DNA of 64,000 nucleotides, taken from contig AP026138.1 in assembly GCA_030295235.1 (NCBI GenBank), positions 310,001 through 374,000 on the forward strand, read 5' to 3'. The translations under genes were made by a program, and so were the position numbers. Source of the DNA: Fistulifera solaris (taxonomy: Eukaryota). Of the stretch, positions 60,059 through 64,000 are shown piece by piece. The first letter of the stretch is position 1. Every line of letters begins with the position of its first letter. Below the pieces are notes generated by a model. That model did not search any database and was not told where the DNA came from. It saw nothing but the letters and a program-made list of their open reading frames with translations.

Positions 60059-60403
60059 GGAATTTGCTTGCGTTGCGCTGTCATCAGAGCATTTATTCCT
60101 GTTTGTCGATTGGGGCTCTTGCATTCTTGTATTTGTTGTGCCAGTTTGAAAGAGATCTTAATTTTGCGAGACAGCTTTGCTTGATGAATCGATGTTGATA
60201 GCAGCGTTTGCGTTAAATCCGAAATGCTCGGTGTTCACTGTCTTGATTGCGAATATCAATGTTATTTATGCTGTCTATCTCCATATAGTTCTATTTGTTG
60301 TTTGGAGTTTGTTATTGAGTTATGTTTTGTAGATGACCCGTTATTACAGAAAAAAGAAGTTACTAAGGCGCGGCGAAAAGACAAATATTAACGACACTTG
60401 ACG

Positions 60404-61820
60404 CTATCTATGATTGCGTTTATCTCTACTTCTACTGCGCCCATTATATTGCTTCTTGTTGCTACTTTGGAAATCTCGTGGGACGGGGTCTCTTCCTCGT
60501 GAATGCCCTCCGGTATGTCTCGCGGTCGGGTCACCTTCACGCTTCGCTGAGAGCGGGCGATCCCTTTTCTTGATATGCTTTCGCGATAACATTTCGTCGC
60601 TTACCGGCAAAATGGATCCCAAAATCGAGTTCGTCGGCTCAAACGGAACAGTCACGTGTGCCATTAATGTTCGGTAAGCCAGAGCAAATGCGCGCTGCAC
60701 CTGCAGAAGTCAATGGCGTCAGATTGAAATGTTACAAGGCAACAGGTAAGGTACAAAGTTATAGCACACACGCACCATTTGGAAACGAAAGGATGGCTTC
60801 CCTACATCGGATGATGGATCGAGTGGATTTTCGAGAGCTAACAGATTCGTGCGCCCATCGTCGCAGAAAACTTCATTGCGTTCCCCTTTGGGAAAGAAAA
60901 AGCCATCGTTCCGCACTGAAATGACCGTCGTAAAATAGTTAAAATCCAGTCCGTAAAATTTGAAGAATTCGACCAGTAGCAAGCCTAAATTGTAAACCGT
61001 ATGCTTCCTGTAGTTGAACGCGAGACGCTCTCGATGTTGCAGGAACGCCACAATCAGTAACTGTAACATGAACGAACCTACTCCACCCGAATACGGCTCA
61101 TTGAGCGCGCGTGCTGCCAAGAAGTACTTGAGCACAAATGTCAGCGGTCGGAGCACGGGCATAGCATCGAGATACGTTTTCATAAGAACCGCTGCGGGCG
61201 GCCCCGATGGTTGATCAAACGATACATCCACCGATATGTTACTCTTCTTGTCGGTAAACTTCACAAGTGGTATTCTTGTGTTTTCAATAGCTTCTAAATA
61301 CGATAATCGGCCGATCCAGGTAGTCTGCAGCTCATCGGCAAATATCCGTAATGGTGTTGACACGGATTGCTCCCATGTGTGTTCCTCATCGGCTTCCACC
61401 GGTTCGGCTTTCGTTTGCGTAATAATTACGATATCAATATCCGACGTCGGTAGCAACAATCCCGTCGCTTGTGATCCAAACACCTGTACTTCCGCAGAAG
61501 TCCCGAATAGGGATTGCACGACATCTTTGACTTCCTGAATCAGTTTTTCGCGTTGCCTTATTTCCTCGGACATGGGCTCCATCAAGTGTACAAAATCCAC
61601 AATTTCATTGTGTAGGCTGATGAGTGGATGTATTTGATTTATATCAACGGAATGATCCATCCAAGGAGGTAATTGCGACGGATCTACTTTCGGAACAACT
61701 TCTTCCTCCTCTTCGTCTTCTTCGCTTTCCGACAGGTCGTCGCTCGCCTTGGGTGCAACGAACGCCAAAAAAATCGTCGTCTTTCCAGCCTTCTTCGTCA
61801 TCGCGCTTTAATTCAGTCAT
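60404..61820 (-). CDS. TRF4: Non-canonical poly(A) polymerase Trf4/PAPD5 (TRAMP)
   Basis: LHNEIVDF, FGSQATGLLLPTSDIDIV, RIPLVKF, VDVSFD, LNEPYSGGVGSF, LENPLDP. Intron 60701-60775; frameshift at ~61770. Confidence 0.92.
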
Positions 61821-62253
61821 TTGTGTTTTTACAAGTCTCTTTCCTATGTACGAACTATTCATCAAGGCCTTGGTTTATCATGATGTTAAATCGCAATTCT
61901 ATTTTTCGATCATGGTCGTTTTTTTTCATTATTTTGCGGCCAATAATAGCTGGCTGCGGGTCATTCATCACAAGGGTTCAAGATAAGACGTCTGTCATCG
62001 TTCACCTAAGAAAATTTCTGAAAATTTCTGCGTTTTGTCTCATTGGGAAAATCCGTCCTGTTTCAACGGAAATAGGAGCATCGCCAGCTCGGATGCGCAC
62101 ATTGTCTTCTATCTAATTAGTAGACTATTTAACAATCCAGACTTCCGTTGAAGACGTTGTAGAATTTGTATAGTACTTTGGAACGGTAGAGTCCACGCAT
62201 TGTTAGCAAATACTCCGGGGTAGTCTTTTGCCATTTTCTCACCCACAAACGAC

Positions 62254-64000
62254 GATGAAGGACGAGATGCATTCTACCTCGAGTATATCATTCGCAAACA
62301 TCATTTCAAATCCTCCGCAGCATCTGTTTCATGCAATTAACGTCTCGAATAGGCTAGTCGAAGAAAAAGTTAAGGGAAGAGATCCTGTTGTAACGGCGGT
62401 GGCAAGTTTCCATTGACTTGGGTATCGCACGGACAATGGCTTCCCGATCCTTTCAGGAGTTTTCTCGCGAGAAGTATCACTCCAACCAAGCTGCGTGGTC
62501 ACCATCTTGGTTGCCGAACGCTATCGATGGAGCATCTTATGAAAAAGACTACAGAATTCGGGATCAGAAACGAACCGATCGAGGGACTCCCAGTACGGAA
62601 TTTCCCGTGACGACAGAAAGAACTCGTCATGTTATTCCCAACTCCCGCCACAAAAACTATGATGCAACAATGTACGGTTCGCCTCAAAATGAATACCCCT
62701 TTCTTTATAGTGATCCTGTCGATGGAGCCAGTGTGCAAACGGGGATGAGTCAACAAGAATTGCTCCGTCAGAAAGCCAGAGAGTCCAAACAACGATACAA
62801 GAAATCCAAAACATCGAAAAAGCCCGTCGTACAAATCACCGGTTTTCTTTCTTCGCGGGATAAGGTAGCGACTCGATGGGATGATCTTTCGACGGCTGAC
62901 ACTACCGATTCGTCGTTGCGACCCCGTACGAAAAGCAATTCCTCGTCTCCTTTGCGCGTCGTACTCGATGGCGGTGACTTGGTTCTGACGGCGAGGCAAA
63001 GTCGATTTAGACCGGAATTTACCAAGCAGGATGATGACTTTCCTTTGCTCTCTCGAAGTGCAAGTGGTTCGTTTCAAATGGATTTTCCAAGCGAATCCTT
63101 TTCGGGGAAAGGCTACGAACTGCCAAATCCTCCCTCCATTGAGCGCGAGCGCACTGCCGTTTATCGTGACGCCCGTTTCACTAAAAACTTTTCGAATAAT
63201 TGGCCAGTACTTCGGACAAGCTCTGCTGAGCTACGAAATAATCAAAGCGTCCAGAATACTTCGTCTCGTGAGTGGCTTTTGCATTCAGCAGCAGAAGAAG
63301 AAAGGGCGGAGAAGCAACATTCCAACCGATCGGTTCAATTTCGCGATGAAATAGTTCGACCTGCATCATTTGATTCTAAGAATCACTCAAGGGAAGTGCC
63401 AAAGAACTCTGACCGACAACCCAAGTCGATCCTACGCAAATCACGGTATCAGACCCAAAGTGGCGGAGTTCGAATGAGCTCGAGTCCATCTCGATTTATG
63501 ATCCGAAAACCAGCAACACCGGAACGAAAGAATGGCCAACACTTGGTCAAGTCCCCGCGGTCCACATATTCGCCGTCCGGCGTTCTTGACGAAACTCGAC
63601 GGAATTTTTTCCCTGTTTCGCAAGACTCCGAGATAAGCGGATCATCTGCACTCTCGGATGAGAGCTATCCGGACCCTCCTCTGGATAGCATCCCTGTAAG
63701 TACGCGTCGCACTCTACCAAAAATGCCAAAACATGTCACTGATTTTTCTTCATTTCCACTTCAGATTGATGACGATGAAACAACGTTCGCCTCACGGAAG
63801 GACGATTTCCTGGAAACCGTTGCCGCGATCGTTATTCAAACAAATATTAGGCGATTTCTAGCGATACGATACGTCGATAGGTTAATGGAGCAACTTGCAA
63901 ACGAGATGCATGCCAAGTACGTAAGGCTCTACAAAAATGAGCATCAGATAAATTCGGACACGGAAAATACAATCACGCCCTCAGCAAAGTCTAGGACGCA
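62254..64000 (+). CDS. IQ-motif (calmodulin-binding) protein, 5' part; runs off window end
   Basis: Frame open from ~62410 to the end of the window; in-frame intron 63696-63764; VAAIVIQTNIRRFLAIR IQ motif. Start uncertain. Confidence 0.6.

Noticed and set aside
187..62400. Programmed ribosomal frameshifting or mass pseudogenisation
   Set aside because: There is no common slippery motif or direction, essential genes are affected, and the indels track homopolymers.
22219..64000. Calcium-signalling gene cluster (EF-GDT1, multi-EF protein, secreted EF protein, IQ protein)
   Set aside because: The genes are dispersed over 40 kb, target different compartments and use common domains, so no linkage is evident.
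1..64000. tRNA, rRNA or snRNA genes
   Set aside because: No cloverleaf with A/B boxes or rRNA-like tracts was recognised by eye. A tRNAscan/Infernal run would be needed to exclude them fully.

Overview
Gene-dense eukaryotic DNA, most likely a pennate diatom (inference from short 60-80 nt GT-AG introns, bipartite signal+F-motif plastid presequences and the gene set). About 32 protein-coding genes are supportable. They include a DDX60-like helicase head-to-head with exosome subunit RRP41, an FSA-type transaldolase, NAXD, PIP5K, NAA20, CABIN1/Hir3, NOL8-like, an EF-hand GDT1, UBL5, a 4-module EF-hand protein, a plastid RelA/SpoT homolog, RPL9, VIT1, a dsRBD+GLEBS protein, a bromodomain protein, FAM32A, a 2OG-oxygenase-TPR, a PAS hybrid histidine kinase, a Ser/Thr kinase, a signal-peptide proteasome-alpha-like protein, an SAH-villin headpiece protein, OTU-SEC-C, PABP, KH-WW, TRF4 and an IQ protein. 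There is also a 446-bp MITE with ATAT target duplication and patches of 7-bp micro-duplications. Roughly two dozen single-base homopolymer indels, probably assembly errors, break many ORFs. Manually repairing them revealed domains absent from the ORF track (helicase core, villin headpiece, FAM32A end, proteasome N-terminus). No tRNA, rRNA or CRISPR array was seen. Family calls come from motif recognition, not database searches.
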